From contig DF236998.1 of assembly GCA_000708835.1 (NCBI GenBank), positions 1-44,774 on the forward strand: 44,774 bases of DNA. Reading direction: 5' to 3'. Origin of the DNA: Klebsormidium nitens (lineage: Eukaryota > Plantae > Klebsormidiophyceae). The notes beneath the pieces are model-generated. The model did no database searches and had not been told where the DNA came from. It was given only the letters and a program-made list of their open reading frames with translations. Numbering within the stretch: the first letter of the stretch is position 1; the number at the start of each line of letters is the position of its first letter. Both the position numbers and the translations under genes were made by a program. Shown here piece after piece: positions 23,392 through 36,200 of this stretch.

Positions 23392-23543
23392 CTGGACGTA
23401 CTTGACGTCCTTGCTTTACCATGGTGGCTCCCCGGAGTGCAGCAGCCAGTTGAGTTGCGCGCCCACGACGAGTACCACGTCAGCGCCCACGAGCGCAAGG
23501 CCCTGAGCGGCCCCTGCGTTCAGCGGCTCGCTTTCCGGCACGA
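23392..23543 (-). pseudogene. Truncated copy of the 3' end of exon 9, marking the duplication junction
   Basis: [49 protein letters not shown]|gtgagg, homologous to 35983-36134. In-frame TAA at 23416-23418 and no acceptor. Confidence 0.9.
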
Positions 23544-24058
23544 AAGTATTGGTTGGCGTTTGACCGGAAATCCGGTTTGGTCTGCGAGCTTATTGCATGG
23601 TGGTAATTGATCACACCAGTCTTCAGTGAGGCATGTACTCTCCTTAGATGCCTAAAGTACGACACAACTCTAGCCTTCACAACCAACCTAGCCTGTTCAC
23701 AAACTCAGCATTTGATCTGGAAGGGACGAGCGCAAGAACGTGGCGCTCCCTTTGAGGCCGGGTGCTTTTCAATCGTAGAATGGGTAGGAAAATGATGGCC
23801 GTGCGATCGAGTGCATGAAGTCAGCGCTCCCAGGCGGAAGCTCGACAAGGCCTTTTTGTAAGCCTCTGCATGGCCGCTTTCAATCGGAACGCAGGGAGGA
23901 TAATGATTTCACTTCCGTCGCCTTCAACGGCAGACGGTATTTAAGAATCAGACTGTACACGCTCTGAAGCTTTCAAGTCTGCTATCGTAAAGAGGTGTCA
24001 AACGTCGTTAAAGTTCTGATCAAACCCACAACAAAGCTGCTGGCAAGCGAAGCAACTC

Positions 24059-24230
24059 TCAGTTCCTGCTGTGCATCCTCCCGCTCTCGGATCCAGCGAA
24101 CGGGTCGATGACGGCGTTGATGACGGCCGGCTTTTTCGCGGCAAACGCTTCCCGGCAGGCGGCCACGAGCTCGGCCGGAGTCCTCACGAAGTAACCCTTG
24201 CCTCCGAAGGCCTCGATGATCTGGTCGTAT
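24059..24230 (-). CDS. HACL1: Exon 13a (terminal)
   Basis: ttcag|ATAC..AACTGA; [12 protein letters not shown]...SGRMHSRN*, matching the plant HACL C-terminus (AESGRLQHKN, recalled). Confidence 0.92.
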
Positions 24231-27200
24231 CTGAATCAGGAAAGAGGCAAAAAATATTTAGAGACGAGATTGACAAGACCACAAGAGACGAGAACGCGGT
24301 GCCGCTGCGCTCCGTGCAGAATCCTTATGTAGACGTCAAGTAGACAAATATGTTCCGGCTTGGCGCAGGGCGTCGCGGACCAGTAAGCCGTAACTAGAAG
24401 GAAATGAGTGGGTACTTTTGCTGCAGATTTCCTTTTCAACCTTGTTTCCCCAGCGGATCTGACGAACATCAGCCCCACAATTGAAACCGAAGCGCGAACG
24501 TCAGGAACCGCGGGTTACCAGCATTGAAGACGTCATCTATCAGGGCTCAGCCTTCAGAGCTCCAACTTTGGGCAGAATGGGCAGAATAATGGACACCCGA
24601 CTTCGAAGAAGCCGCATTATCCGTGTGAGCTAAGAATGCAGAAGTCTACCAAAGCAAGCGGCATAGTAAAATGGGACTACGTCCGCACCTTGCTTCGGAC
24701 ACAAAGTCGGTGGGCGCCGGGTCGGACGCGTACGGACCGCCGAGCTCCGCGTCCTCCCTGCGATCGCCGCCGTAAATGCCGCTGTTGTTGAAGACGATCA
24801 CGACGACCGGCAGGTTATACCGGACAAGCACCTGCAACGTGCGGACGTCCGAAGTTTTGAGAAAGTTTCGATCCGGGCGGTCTGCAAACCTTGCGCAAGA
24901 GGCGTATGGAAAGAAGTTGGAGACATTGCGAACGGCAGCAAGTTACAAAGAGGCGAAAAGAACACCCAGCTCCAAATGACGCAGAAGCCGAGAATGATAA
25001 GTTTTGCGCATCTGCAACACGCCGGTTCCGAAGTTTCTGGAGAAGGGGTTGTTACGCGCACAAAGTGTGTGAGAGGTTTTCAAAACAATGTTCTAGACAC
25101 TGCGCACTCCGCGCGCTTCAACAACGAGAAACGAACACCGAGCGTCGAAACGACCGGAGGCCGAGGATGTCAGATTCGAGGCCTGGGCTTTGCAGTCCAG
25201 GAAGGCTGAAAGCCAAGAGCCAAGTCGTCTTCGTCAGCCGCCTCAAAGCGCTTCCTGTTCTTCTCCGAACATCAAATCCTGACAAATTGCAAATTGATTA
25301 TAACGGAGCTCTTCCTTGCCTCGCCTCAACGGCACTGAAAGCAAAGTTCCCCTCTTTGGCGACCAAGAGGGGCTTCTCGTCCTTCCCGAAAGAGTGTGAC
25401 TGTAAAGCCGAAAGTCTAGTTAAGAAACTCTTCTCCTTACCCCAACCTCAGTGGCACTGAAGCCAAAAGCGAAGCTTACCCTCGACGACGACTACGAGGC
25501 GCTTCGAGAAAGGTATTCCAAAAGATCGAAATGCTGGTTAGAAGAAAAACATTTCCCTGGCCTCGAGTGCAACGGTACTAAACCCAACAGTTGTACAGAC
25601 TGGTCAACACAAACCCTTCCCTCACCTCGACCTCAACGGCGCTAAACCCGAAAGCGGAGTCCCCTTCGACGGCAACAACGAGTCTCTTCCCGTCGTTGAC
25701 CACCGCAGCCGCGATAGCATACCCCATGCCCACGCCCATCGTGCCCCACGTGCCGGCGTCGAGGCGCGTACGCGGCTCTTCCTGGTTGAGAACCGTCCGT
25801 CCGACGTCCATTGTGTTGGCGCCCTCGGAAACCAGGATTGGATGAGGGCCTTCAACCTGTGGGTTTACAGAAATTTGGTGACCATTTTTGGCCTTCGGCT
25901 GATAGTGTTCCAGAGGGTTGGTGGGGTTTTGAGTCGGGTTAAGGTAAGGGTTCAAGTGCGTTCTGGTCGAGCACCGGCCACTCAACGTCCTCCGAAACCA
26001 GGACTGGGTGAGGGCCCTCGACCTGAGAAAAAGGGTTGAAAAAGGGTGTTAGGGTAATTGCGAGGGCGTCGAGGGGAGTGCGGGCCTCTTCCTGGTTGAG
26101 AACCGTCCGTCCGACGTCCATCGTGTTGGCGCCCTCGGAAACCACGATCGGGATGGGGACCTTTAACCTAGAGAATTATACGGAGGGTTAGTAACATTTT
26201 ATGGCTTTCAACCGATTGTGTTCCACAGAAGGTCAGTGGATTCCTTGAATTGGGGTAAAGGTTTATAGAGCATTCTGGTTCAACACCGTCCGGTGGACGT
26301 CCATCCCGTTGGCGCCACCGGGAACCGATGTGGGCCGTCGACCTTTGGGATTCTGCGGATGGTTAGCGAGGTTGTTGATTATTCTAATATGACACGGTGT
26401 ACTTGCTCCGCATGCCGGAGCAAACCTAGGAACTACTGAACGGAAATCGGGTTGCAGTATGAGAGTTTAAACTCTGCCAACCCTTCACAAAGCAAACTGC
26501 CTGGTGGAAGCCCGTGGATGCCTCTCAGCAGTACTGGTAGACCGCTTGAAGCAGATTCAGCCTTTTTGAATTTATCTCACAACTTCAAAGAGCTGGAAAA
26601 ACCCGCGATTTGCTGCCAAACCCTCTTCAGAACAGTTCCGAACCCGTCCTTGATCCAACTCACAAACCATGTCTCACCTCCCAGGGGGAACTCGTTACGC
26701 AAACCTTGCATTCCGCTTCTTAATGGACCAGAAAAAAAAATGCTGTGTGCGCTCTCAGCGCCTTCAAACCAACTTTATACCACCGCCGAACAATCTCGAT
26801 TCACCCCGAGACTTGAGGTCGTCTGGGGGTGATCCAAAGTTGGTTTGGAGGAGCCAACCCACATCAGCCCACACTTGACCCACTGGAAACCACTCCCACA
26901 TCACTCTCCACGCACTCTTAACCTACCTTTAACTCACCTTTGGCCATCTCGTCCGATACCACCCGCATGCCGCACCAAACAGTCCCAGCACCACAATCTT
27001 CATCAGCACCATATTCCCCCAAGGCAAATCGAAACCCCTCCATACAAACGGAAATCAGCCCCAACTATCTAAAACCGATCTCAAAACCGGTCCTAAACCC
27101 ACCTTGGCCAGCTCGTCCCGCACGACCCGCATGCTGCACTGGAAGTTCATCGGCACCACGTCCTTCGCCAGCGATTCCGCCAGCCTCTTTCCGTTCGCTT

Positions 27201-30200
27201 CCGCTTTCTCGCGGAGCTTTGCCACCCAGGGGTGGTCTTTCCCAAGGGAGAACGGCTCGTCTTTAATGGCGACGTTGATCTGCTCGAGCACCGCGTTTGC
27301 GTCGCCGAGAAGGGGCACGGCGGGCTTGCGCAGCTTGAGCTCGTCCTCGGAGATGTCAATCTGCGAAGAAACCACAAACCTTTTGTTTGGATAAGACAAA
27401 GTCTTGGTATTTCTTATACTGCTCCGGCACTTTGCTCTGATAAGGTGCGAACACCACTGCTACAGTTTATGTTACTCACCAAAAGCTACGAAGTTCGAGA
27501 TCCCTGAGCACGTACAGTCAGCTGGATAAATGCTTCTACAAACTGCCATTGCTAAAAACACCGCACTCACTGCAATGCCATCACTTGTACACAAGACAAG
27601 GCAACGCAAATGTAAGGCAAGCACGTTGGGGGAAGTCAAAGGGAGCTTTCTCTCATATGGCTTTGTTCGGCATACAGAGTGTGATTTGGAGGTTTGAGAA
27701 AGGCAGTCAAACCGCTGCAAGAAATCAGGTGGCCAAGAATGACCAAGCATGTCACATTTCATTGCCCTTCTTACTAACATCTTTTGGAGAAGCCGCGAAG
27801 GAACTTCACGCTTTTCCATGTGAAACCTGGAGGCGACACAGATGTGCAGCTAGCAGCGGCCATCCAAGGACGTACGAGAACCGAAAAAGCGTGCAAGCCG
27901 TCACGTACAAAGTGAAAGAAGGAGGACAACCTCTGATTTGCGGTTCCGTGAAAAATTGGGTTTGCAAACCAGATTAATGCTCGAGTAAACAACTAAGCGA
28001 CCAGAGTACAGATACTATCAACGCAAAGTGCGACGGTGCTTCGCTGCGTGCAAGGGCAATCATACGCATGCAGGCAAAATTGCCCCCTCCAGGATTTTGC
28101 ACAACTGACACGTCATCATTGCCCACCAAACAGCGTGGTAGAAGTTACAGGAAAGGAAGGGTCCACCAGCGAAAAAGTTGCCCGGGATCAAGCGAAAGAG
28201 GTGCACAATTAGCGACTTGCCAACTGCGAAGTGAAGTAGCGGCAAATATCGTGTGAAGCATGTAGCACCGGAAAAAATCATGGTGTCAGGCAAACGTTTC
28301 AAAGCGTAATTGGATGACGTTAGAGGAGTTAAAAACTGTTCACCAATCCAGGCTGGTCAAGACATGACAAGGCGAGGAGGCAGGAATTCCAGTCTTTATA
28401 TGCTGCTGTGCTGTACTTCGTTGAAGTTCAATGAACGACGTCAAAAGTCAGCTAGATACCAACGGTTTGTGGTTTCTGCTGCCACGTACTTTGCAGCAAA
28501 ATCCCGGACTATCCGAACGCAACGCTATTCAAGATTGGCCCAGACGGCCATGGTGGTGAGTCGTCCTGGCCCGTCATGTTTTGCAACATCCCCAAATACC
28601 AGCAAGAGCTCTCCTTGTTTGAGCAACAACAAATTTCAGCAGCTCTTAGCAAACGGACGACGACAGATTGGACCATGCGTCAGATGGACGAGCAAAAGGC
28701 ACAAGAACAACTTGCATGTTACCAAAAGCTTGCTTAAAACATAAAGAGGAGGCGACAATGGAGTAGAAAGTACATTCGTTGAGAAGCTGCCACAGCGTTG
28801 TAACCTTGGCAAAACCACTCAGGTCCTTTCGAGCGTTTGCCGGACAAGCTTCCCCAAAGTCAGCCAAACAATTCTGGACCTCGAATGGCCCCTTAGGGGC
28901 CAGGCAGTATTGCATCATCGCCCTCAGCTTTCGCAGAGGGCCTCTCTAACCTGTCCGGTAAGGAAGGTGTGAATCAGACGACATCAGGCTTTCTTTACTT
29001 TGAGGAAGCAGGGAATTCGAATACCCTGTACATGTACAACCAGGCCCAATATATTCGTCCTTACAGCTGCCAGCAATGAATAAAATCGTACGAGACTGCT
29101 CCCGCAATCAAGAAAACGACCTTTTGAATACAAAAGGGGAGACAGAAACAGAAACAGAAAACCGGGGTGACATAAGCATATCTGAGGTCAAATGAAAGCT
29201 CCTTTGGGGTTTCTTCCTTTAAATTTGTGTGGCGGCATAAAGCGAACCGTGATTCGCGGCGAGGTGCCGAGGGCATTCCGAAGGAGTAGGCAGAAAAGCG
29301 AACGGCAGTGGCCAAGAGTCACCCCGCACGTTATCTTCACTGCCCTTCATTGAAAGGTCTCTCAGCATCAAAAGTGGCATGCTTCCATACTAGGCCAGCA
29401 CTGGAGGGAAAAACTATTCGGGTAAAAGCGGCAGCTATCTGCTGTACATGAGCGGATCGACCGAGCCTGAAATCGGCTATGTAGGCACCCTAAAAACACA
29501 CAACTTATGGTTGCGGTCTTATGTATGTTTTGACTTCAAAAAAGACATGTGTCGCTTCTCCGGTGAAGGAAAGACAGCGGGCAGAAAACGCATCATAATC
29601 ATCCACGACCGGCGACGTGCGTCGTTGCTTGCACGGGCAATCACACGAAAGCACAAGCTCTGGCCCCTGGCCATGTATGCTGAAACGTCATCATTTGCCC
29701 TTGAAAAAAGGCCATTAAGTTCCTCAAAAGGTAGGACCCAACACTAGCGAGTGCATTTCACGACATCAAGCAGCACGTCAAGAGCTAGTCGCCAAACGAC
29801 AGGTTGACGAGTCTCAAAAGTCCCCTTGTAAGCACATGCGATAGCACTGAACACCGCGCCGACAGCGCTCTTCTGAAAACAGATCAGATTGACATCAGTG
29901 GGATCTGGTGCTGGTCATCTTCTCATATCATTCGGAATTTTACAAGTCAAGGAGGCAGGTATCGTAGTCTTCACATGCTGCATCCCAGCAGGTTGTGGAG
30001 ATTCAGGCATGACGCCCAAAGTCAGCTACCGTCTTACGGTATGTTTGGCAATATTAGTCCGCAAGACGACTCACAGGCTGTCCGGGTTTCTCTTACGACC
30101 TCTGGCCCAAGACGGCCATGGCAATAAGTCGTCCTCGCCTTTTAGCTTTCCAGAGATATCAGCAAGAAACGTCCTTGTTGGGGCCTTAACATTCAGCAAC

Positions 30201-33200
30201 TAAGCGACAAGGACGGACTGTAGCAGGCGTCAACCTAACAAGCACAGGAGACCCAAATCAGTTTGCAAGCTGGCAGACGCCCGAAAGGGAGTTGAACAGA
30301 AGAAAGTGGAAAGCAAACCGGACGTGAAGCTGCCACGGTACTGTAGTCGACGGCGTCGCTCCTATACTCGAAATGTTTTTGGGGTATTTAACGAGACCAA
30401 TCTCAAATCAGTCTCAGATCGAACTTCAGGCATTCTGATAAAGGCGCTCTGGCCCCTCAAGAGCCAGGGGCTTTGACGTCATCGCCCTCGGAAGCTTACA
30501 AGGCAACCCGCTGCTACTACCCAGCATGTGTAGCATCAGAATAGTTGGTAATAGCGTCATATCTACGTAGGAAACTGTTAAGCCAGACTTAAGTCCTGGT
30601 CGGAACATGCTCGTTGCGTCGGCCACTCTGATTGACCACGTCAGCATGCCAGCTTTCCCCTTCGTTATGGAAAAAACCAGCAATAGTGCGAGAGTCGAAC
30701 ACGAAGCGGAGGCAATCGTGAGAGTCTTCCCTCTGTGCGGCCGTCAGGGACTATAAAATCGTCAAGGCCTCGAGCCATCCTTTTGATAGTAGGACAGTTT
30801 GGATAGAAAGTGCCGCCTTAAATTCGACAGTCGAAACCCAGACCCTGACAGCGAACAGGAGGTAATATAAGCCTATGACGTCAGGAGCACTCAAACAAAA
30901 TCAAGCCCCTTTTTTGCATAAAGGCATCAGGGGAAGAACATCTTCCACATGGCCCCAAGGAGACCATGGGCGGTTCGTCGTCGTTGCCACTCAGGAAAAG
31001 TACTGAAGCCAACAGTCAGCAACACAAAACCCCAAAGCACGCATCTGAATCTCGTCTGCAGCACATGGCAATTCAGAAAACTTTGCTTATGCATTGCTCA
31101 GCAAGAGCGCCGGGCGCCTCAAGGTCCTTATCAAGGTATAAGCTCCGGAAAGCACGGACCTGTCCAGTAGACGATCTAGTCCGAAAGATTGAAAGTCGCC
31201 CACTCGTAAGGCAGTGACAATGGTTCGAGACAGAATTGACGAGAATTGGAGAAAGAACCGACGCAGTCCTGAGATCTTCGTCGTCTGCGTTCATCCGCTT
31301 CGTGAAACGACCTTGACCGCAGACAATGGCAGCGCACAGTGACATCCTAAACCTGGCAAACAGAGCCCAGCAAGACACCAAGCTCGTTTCTGTTCTGCCT
31401 TCACGATAGGGTGACGCAACGTGTGACGTGGCCGTTCATGTGCCACATCATATGCCCTCCTAGGCTACTGTGGCAGGTCATCATTGCCTCCACGCAAAGA
31501 GCAGCGGACGGACAAAATCGGTGCCGTGAGCTGAGCCGCGAGCAAAGGAATGTATTACGTCGCAGGCTACAAACTGTTTCAACACTGGAGCATTTCACCA
31601 AGATGCCGGCCTTGGTCTTAGGGGGTCCCGGACGGCTTGTTTTCACCACCTGACCCACAGAAAAGAGGACCGAAAGGGAACCTGACAGCTTGCACTTGAA
31701 GGGATCGAGCACGTGGCGACTGCCTTGCATTGCATCGATGATGGCCAGTTCCCAATTTTCTGCACCGTGCATATTGGAGGAGCCAAGACTCAACGATATT
31801 CTAAGCATAGCAACAATCAATAGTAGGTAACAGCGACTCAAGTCAGCAGCAAGCCCGCTAAAAGGCTGCTCTCTGGACGGGCATGGTCCATGCTTCTTTG
31901 GGCATCAGTCCTCCCCGAAGCTTGGCCTCTTTGGACCAGGGGAAAAAGAACATCGTAGCCGTTGATTGAACACCAAGCGTGACTTGTCGACACGTCGGCC
32001 CTACTTGGGCAGTTCTACGGAAGGCCTTATAATTTCGGGCATGTTAAAGTCGGCACTGCTGCGACCAACGAGAAAGAGAGCGACAATGCTCCATGTATCT
32101 GACCCAATCTGGACGTCTTCTCCGAAGCGAGGACGTCGTCTTACGCTAATTCTAACACACCGTGGTTTGGTGAGTCACTTGCCCCCTATCCTCATTTCGT
32201 CCTACAAATAGCAGCACTTTGAAAAAAGAAAGAATCAACACACGCACACCTGCATAAAGGTCTAAACAAACTCCAGACTTCACTTTGATGAAAGCAAAAC
32301 AGCTCTGTGACTCGGTTGTCCCTAATGCACAAAGAACGGGAAAGGGGGCCAAAATTAGTCCTGCGCGACAATGAAAACCTCAAGGAACGAGACAGGCAAT
32401 ATCTTCATTCCTCCATGCCAAGTCAACTTGCATACGGGCGGCAGTCAGTGAATGCCACCATTTTCTGCGTAGGCCGTGACAACCCATGAAAGCGCATTGC
32501 ATCCTTGCCGTAACCAGCATAAAAGCAGGGCGTGCCTAAGCAGACCCGGCAACAAAGAAAGAATAAATAACCGGCTTTAAAAACCTCCAGAAGGGACGGT
32601 CAGCGACGCTGTGATGTCCAAATTTCACGTGCAGATAGGTGTCATCAGGGAAAACTCCAAGAGGCGAACGACATCGTCTTTTTGTTGCCTATCTGGCCAG
32701 CAAGACGAAGGCGGGTGGGCATGAGCCTCTTTTAACACGGATGCATACGTCCGATTTGCAGGAAAAAGTGCACAGGTTCCAACCGCTTGTAAAGATTCAT
32801 ACTCCGCAAGTGTTCCACCAACCTGTGCTCTTATTGCCCTCCGTAAAGGGCAATCAAGATAGGATCCAAATGCATATGCCCTTGAAGGCGGCGGCCCCTT
32901 GTCATCATCGCCAAAGAGCCTCCCAAAAACAGAGTTGGCAGCGCCAGAAGCGAGCGTTTGCTTCGGCGCGTGGAACAGGGCAAACACACAACGAAGCAAC
33001 CGACGGGTGATACACAGATAAGCCAGTCAAGGCGACTTGTGACAAAAGGATAAGCAAAAGATGACGACAAAAGAGAAAGGAACCAGAAGCGGCCAGGACG
33101 TCTTGTCGCCTGCATTTCTCAACGAACCAAAGACAAGGTGAGGAACAGAAGCATTAGCAGCGTGATGTGCCATCCAAGAAAAGCAATGATAATTCGAGCA

Positions 33201-36200
33201 GCACAAGGGAATCGGTGTCAGTCAACCATCCTCCACATGTGACACAGAGAACGACGTGGCAATCAAAGCAACCCTGGACCTTAGCCCTGCTGGGCCATAG
33301 CCACCTGTTCATCATTGCCGTCAAGCAAAGAAAGACAGCTCACATCAAACAATGGGCGAGGCAAGCCGGCACAAAGGATAGCAACTTAGACCTCGTAACG
33401 AGATAATCATTTCTGCAACCATCCTCTGCGCAGGCAAAAACCACCTTCAATCCGAACCCCGGACACCTGTTCCAAAGAACGTTGCATTTTGTGGAAGGTA
33501 GAAATTAAGACTTCACAATATTGAACCACCTTTCAAGGAAGAGTGCGCAACCTCAGAGAGCGCATTCCGACCGATCTCGCCAAAATAGTTAGCCGAAAAA
33601 CATTGTCCTAGAGCTTTAGTAGAGCCAAACGCCACCTTGGCAGAACAGCTCTCGAGAAAACACCTGTCAGCGATTGTTATAGAGGACACTATCGTTGGAG
33701 TCAACGGGGCTGCGAAAGGAGAGCACGTAAGTATGAAAACGCCAACACCTTTCAATCAGCAACAAGCACTTCACGGCGTCCGGCACAAATCCAAGGTTGG
33801 CAACGCGGTGCACATCTTAAACGCAGGCTTTACTGAGAAGCGCCAATGAAAGCGAAAGTCTCATAATGTCATGCCGCGTACACTAGCCAGCGTCTGCTTT
33901 TTATAAGACACGGTGCTGAGGCGGTCAGGCGTCCTCCGCTCCGAACCGTGACACAAAGGCCGTAAAAGCTGTTAGAAGCTGATTGTCGCTTACATGTGCC
34001 TCAAGGCAAGCCCGTCTTCTAACCCAGCGCAACGTGAGGTGCAATTCATGTGGATGACTAGCAACCGGCAAAGGCAAGAGACAGGTCAAAATTGGATAAG
34101 GCTTGTACAGCGAGACCAGAGGAAGCACATTGAAGAAGGCCAAGCCAACTTTCACGTGTGGATTCGGCTGACACTTCAACACTCACGGAGGTTTTTACGA
34201 TTCTAATAGCACCAAAACCCAGCCTGTCCGGACGATCATCATACATGGCATGGCGTCAATATTTCATGGCCCGTAAGCTGGCCAAAGGCGCCATTCATCA
34301 CCGCCAAGCTTCTTACGACCTCCAGTACTCAAACGAGGCACCCCACCATGCTGCTTTCAGCACAAGAAAGAACAACGTGCTGCAAATCTTGGATACTGCA
34401 CACAGCGAGACTTGCTGCATATGGGCACTAAAGAAATGATTGAGCTCGTCACGCCCGTTCACGCTGCTTTCACAAAAGAAGAATGGAACTGTTGACAATC
34501 TGGCGGTTGATGGCCCGCAACATCCTGCAATATCTGATCTCTGCTCTCAGTTCTTGAAAGTGTGCATCTCCCGATCCACGTATGCAGGTGATGGGCTATC
34601 AGACAACAGGGATATAATACCTGCCCTTAAGGCCAACCTAGTTGGTCATAAAAGCCCTCAATAGTACCGTTTGAGCAACAGTCATGTTAACAAAGTAATT
34701 GCTTCAATCGCGTTTCCCAAGCCTGAAACTGTGCATTGCAGTCAAAATCATATGAGCGAGTATTCCTTGAATCTGCTGATCTCACCACATATCGCACCAG
34801 GCAGGCCAGCGTACTCGTCACCAACCAACAGAAGCGAAATGTCGGACGGAGGCCGTTCCGTGATGTCACAGGCTCAGATTTGCTTGATCCTAGTGGACTC
34901 GGACTACCCAAAAGTTCTCACGAGCCTTTCCTAGCATGGCACCAACGAAGGGTTGAATAACGTTTGCATCTCCTAGCATCACCGACCTTAGAAGGGTGGC
35001 CTTAGAGAACTGTGGTGTGATGTTAACAAGGTGACTGTTTGAGGCGTCACCAAGGATCTAAGCAGACTTTCGTAGAGGGAAGCAAACTTAATTCCACAGG
35101 CGAGGGCGTCGCAAGTTGTAGGAACGTGTGGGTTGCAAACACCAAACCAACTTTTCTTCATGGCCCAAAAGACCGGCGACTGCATATCTAAAAAAACGGC
35201 TAGTAGCGGAACGACATGTGCAATAGCAATACGGGCTGAGACACACAGCGCTAGAGAACGCAAGGTCTCCAATTGGAAGGACAATAATGGACGACAGGCT
35301 GAGAGGGCGTGAAACTCGCGCGGCAGGGTAAGAGAAAGTCAACAAGAGGGTTCATATGGCGAGGACATATTGCAGACTAAAGCGTCTGCAAGAACTTGGA
35401 ACCTAGCGTGCGCAACAGCAGCAGAGGGACAAGGGCAATCGACTACACTTTCCTGATTGGCCCTGAGATGCCGTGGCCTGAATCTTCATTGCCCGAAATG
35501 AACGACTGCATTGCCAAATAGTAAGTAGCATACACGAAAGACAAGCCTTCTGCCGCCAGCGCGAATCAGGGCGTGGACGCAAGTGCTTGGGGGTGTTGAC
35601 CCATTGGCCACATATTTCCACGACGATGTCGCAAAGGCTTCGTGAAATATGGCCTCATGAACATGAATTCCTGGTAAAGGCAATTTAAGGCGGCTGGCGG
35701 CATTGCCGTCGTCATCAGCTGGAGCGAATACTACAGGTAGACGGGAAACACTTACATGGGATTACTCCAACAAGTGGATCAGCGGTATAAGCACTCGGAA
35801 ATTTGTTTTTCTTTGAAGGACAACAGACGAGGTCAGAGTTGACACTCCTGCTTTCAACCTTTCACAAGTTTGACAGTCATTTCACACTGAATGACAAACG
35901 TATTCCCTCTCGGACAATTCTGACTTTGAAAAGCAGGCTCCAGAGCAACGTGACGTCACGCTGACGTCACCTGCAACCTCACCTGGATGAACTTGACGTC
36001 CTTGCCCCACCGCGGCGGCTCCCCGAAGTGCAGCAGCCAGTTGAGCTGCGCGCCCACGACGAGTGCCACGTCAGCGCCCGCGAGCGCGAGGCTGCGCGCC
36101 GCGCCCGCGTTCAACGGGTGGCTGTCCGGCACGACGCCCTTCCCCATCGGCGTGGCGATGAACGGAATTCCGGTCCGGTCCACGAGCGAGCGGATCCCGT

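Larger units (their letters stand above)
27700..35495 (-). ncRNA. Array of box C/D-like units in intron 9a
   Basis: Units with 3' arms (+ strand) at about 27757, 28112, 28560, 28912, 29332, 29687, 30128, 30475, 30977, 31477, 31950, 32499, 32901, 33308, 34294 and 35482. All are sense to the host gene. Confidence 0.55.

Noticed and set aside
13906-23543. Copy b as an assembly artefact or uncollapsed haplotype
   Set aside because: Introns are far too diverged and indel-rich, and the junction falls in mid-exon with a stop codon.
24059-24070. C-terminal SRN as PTS1, and upstream RLIRVVNPL as PTS2
   Set aside because: Neither fits consensus: PTS1 needs L/M/I last, and PTS2 needs H/Q at position 8.
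17375-35495. The 55-75 nt units as a CRISPR array
   Set aside because: Eukaryotic intron context, no cas genes, spacers of 300-500 bp that are paralogous to each other, and highly degenerate repeats.
17375-35495. The units as independent MITE insertions
   Set aside because: All have the same orientation, spacing is periodic, no TSDs were seen, and the ends are asymmetric in a C/D-box-specific way. Not fully excluded without a genome scan.
2630-35495. A decayed repeat protein with G[NDKE]DD..WP motifs (RTX- or WD40-like) seen in several minus-strand ORFs
   Set aside because: The spacing between the GxDD and WP codons varies by non-multiples of 3 between units, so conservation is at nucleotide level (box C plus hairpin).
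35951-36000. Clustered TGACGTCA (CRE/as-1-like) sites at the exon 9 donor
   Set aside because: Deep inside the gene, only partly kept in copy b, and no evidence of regulatory function.
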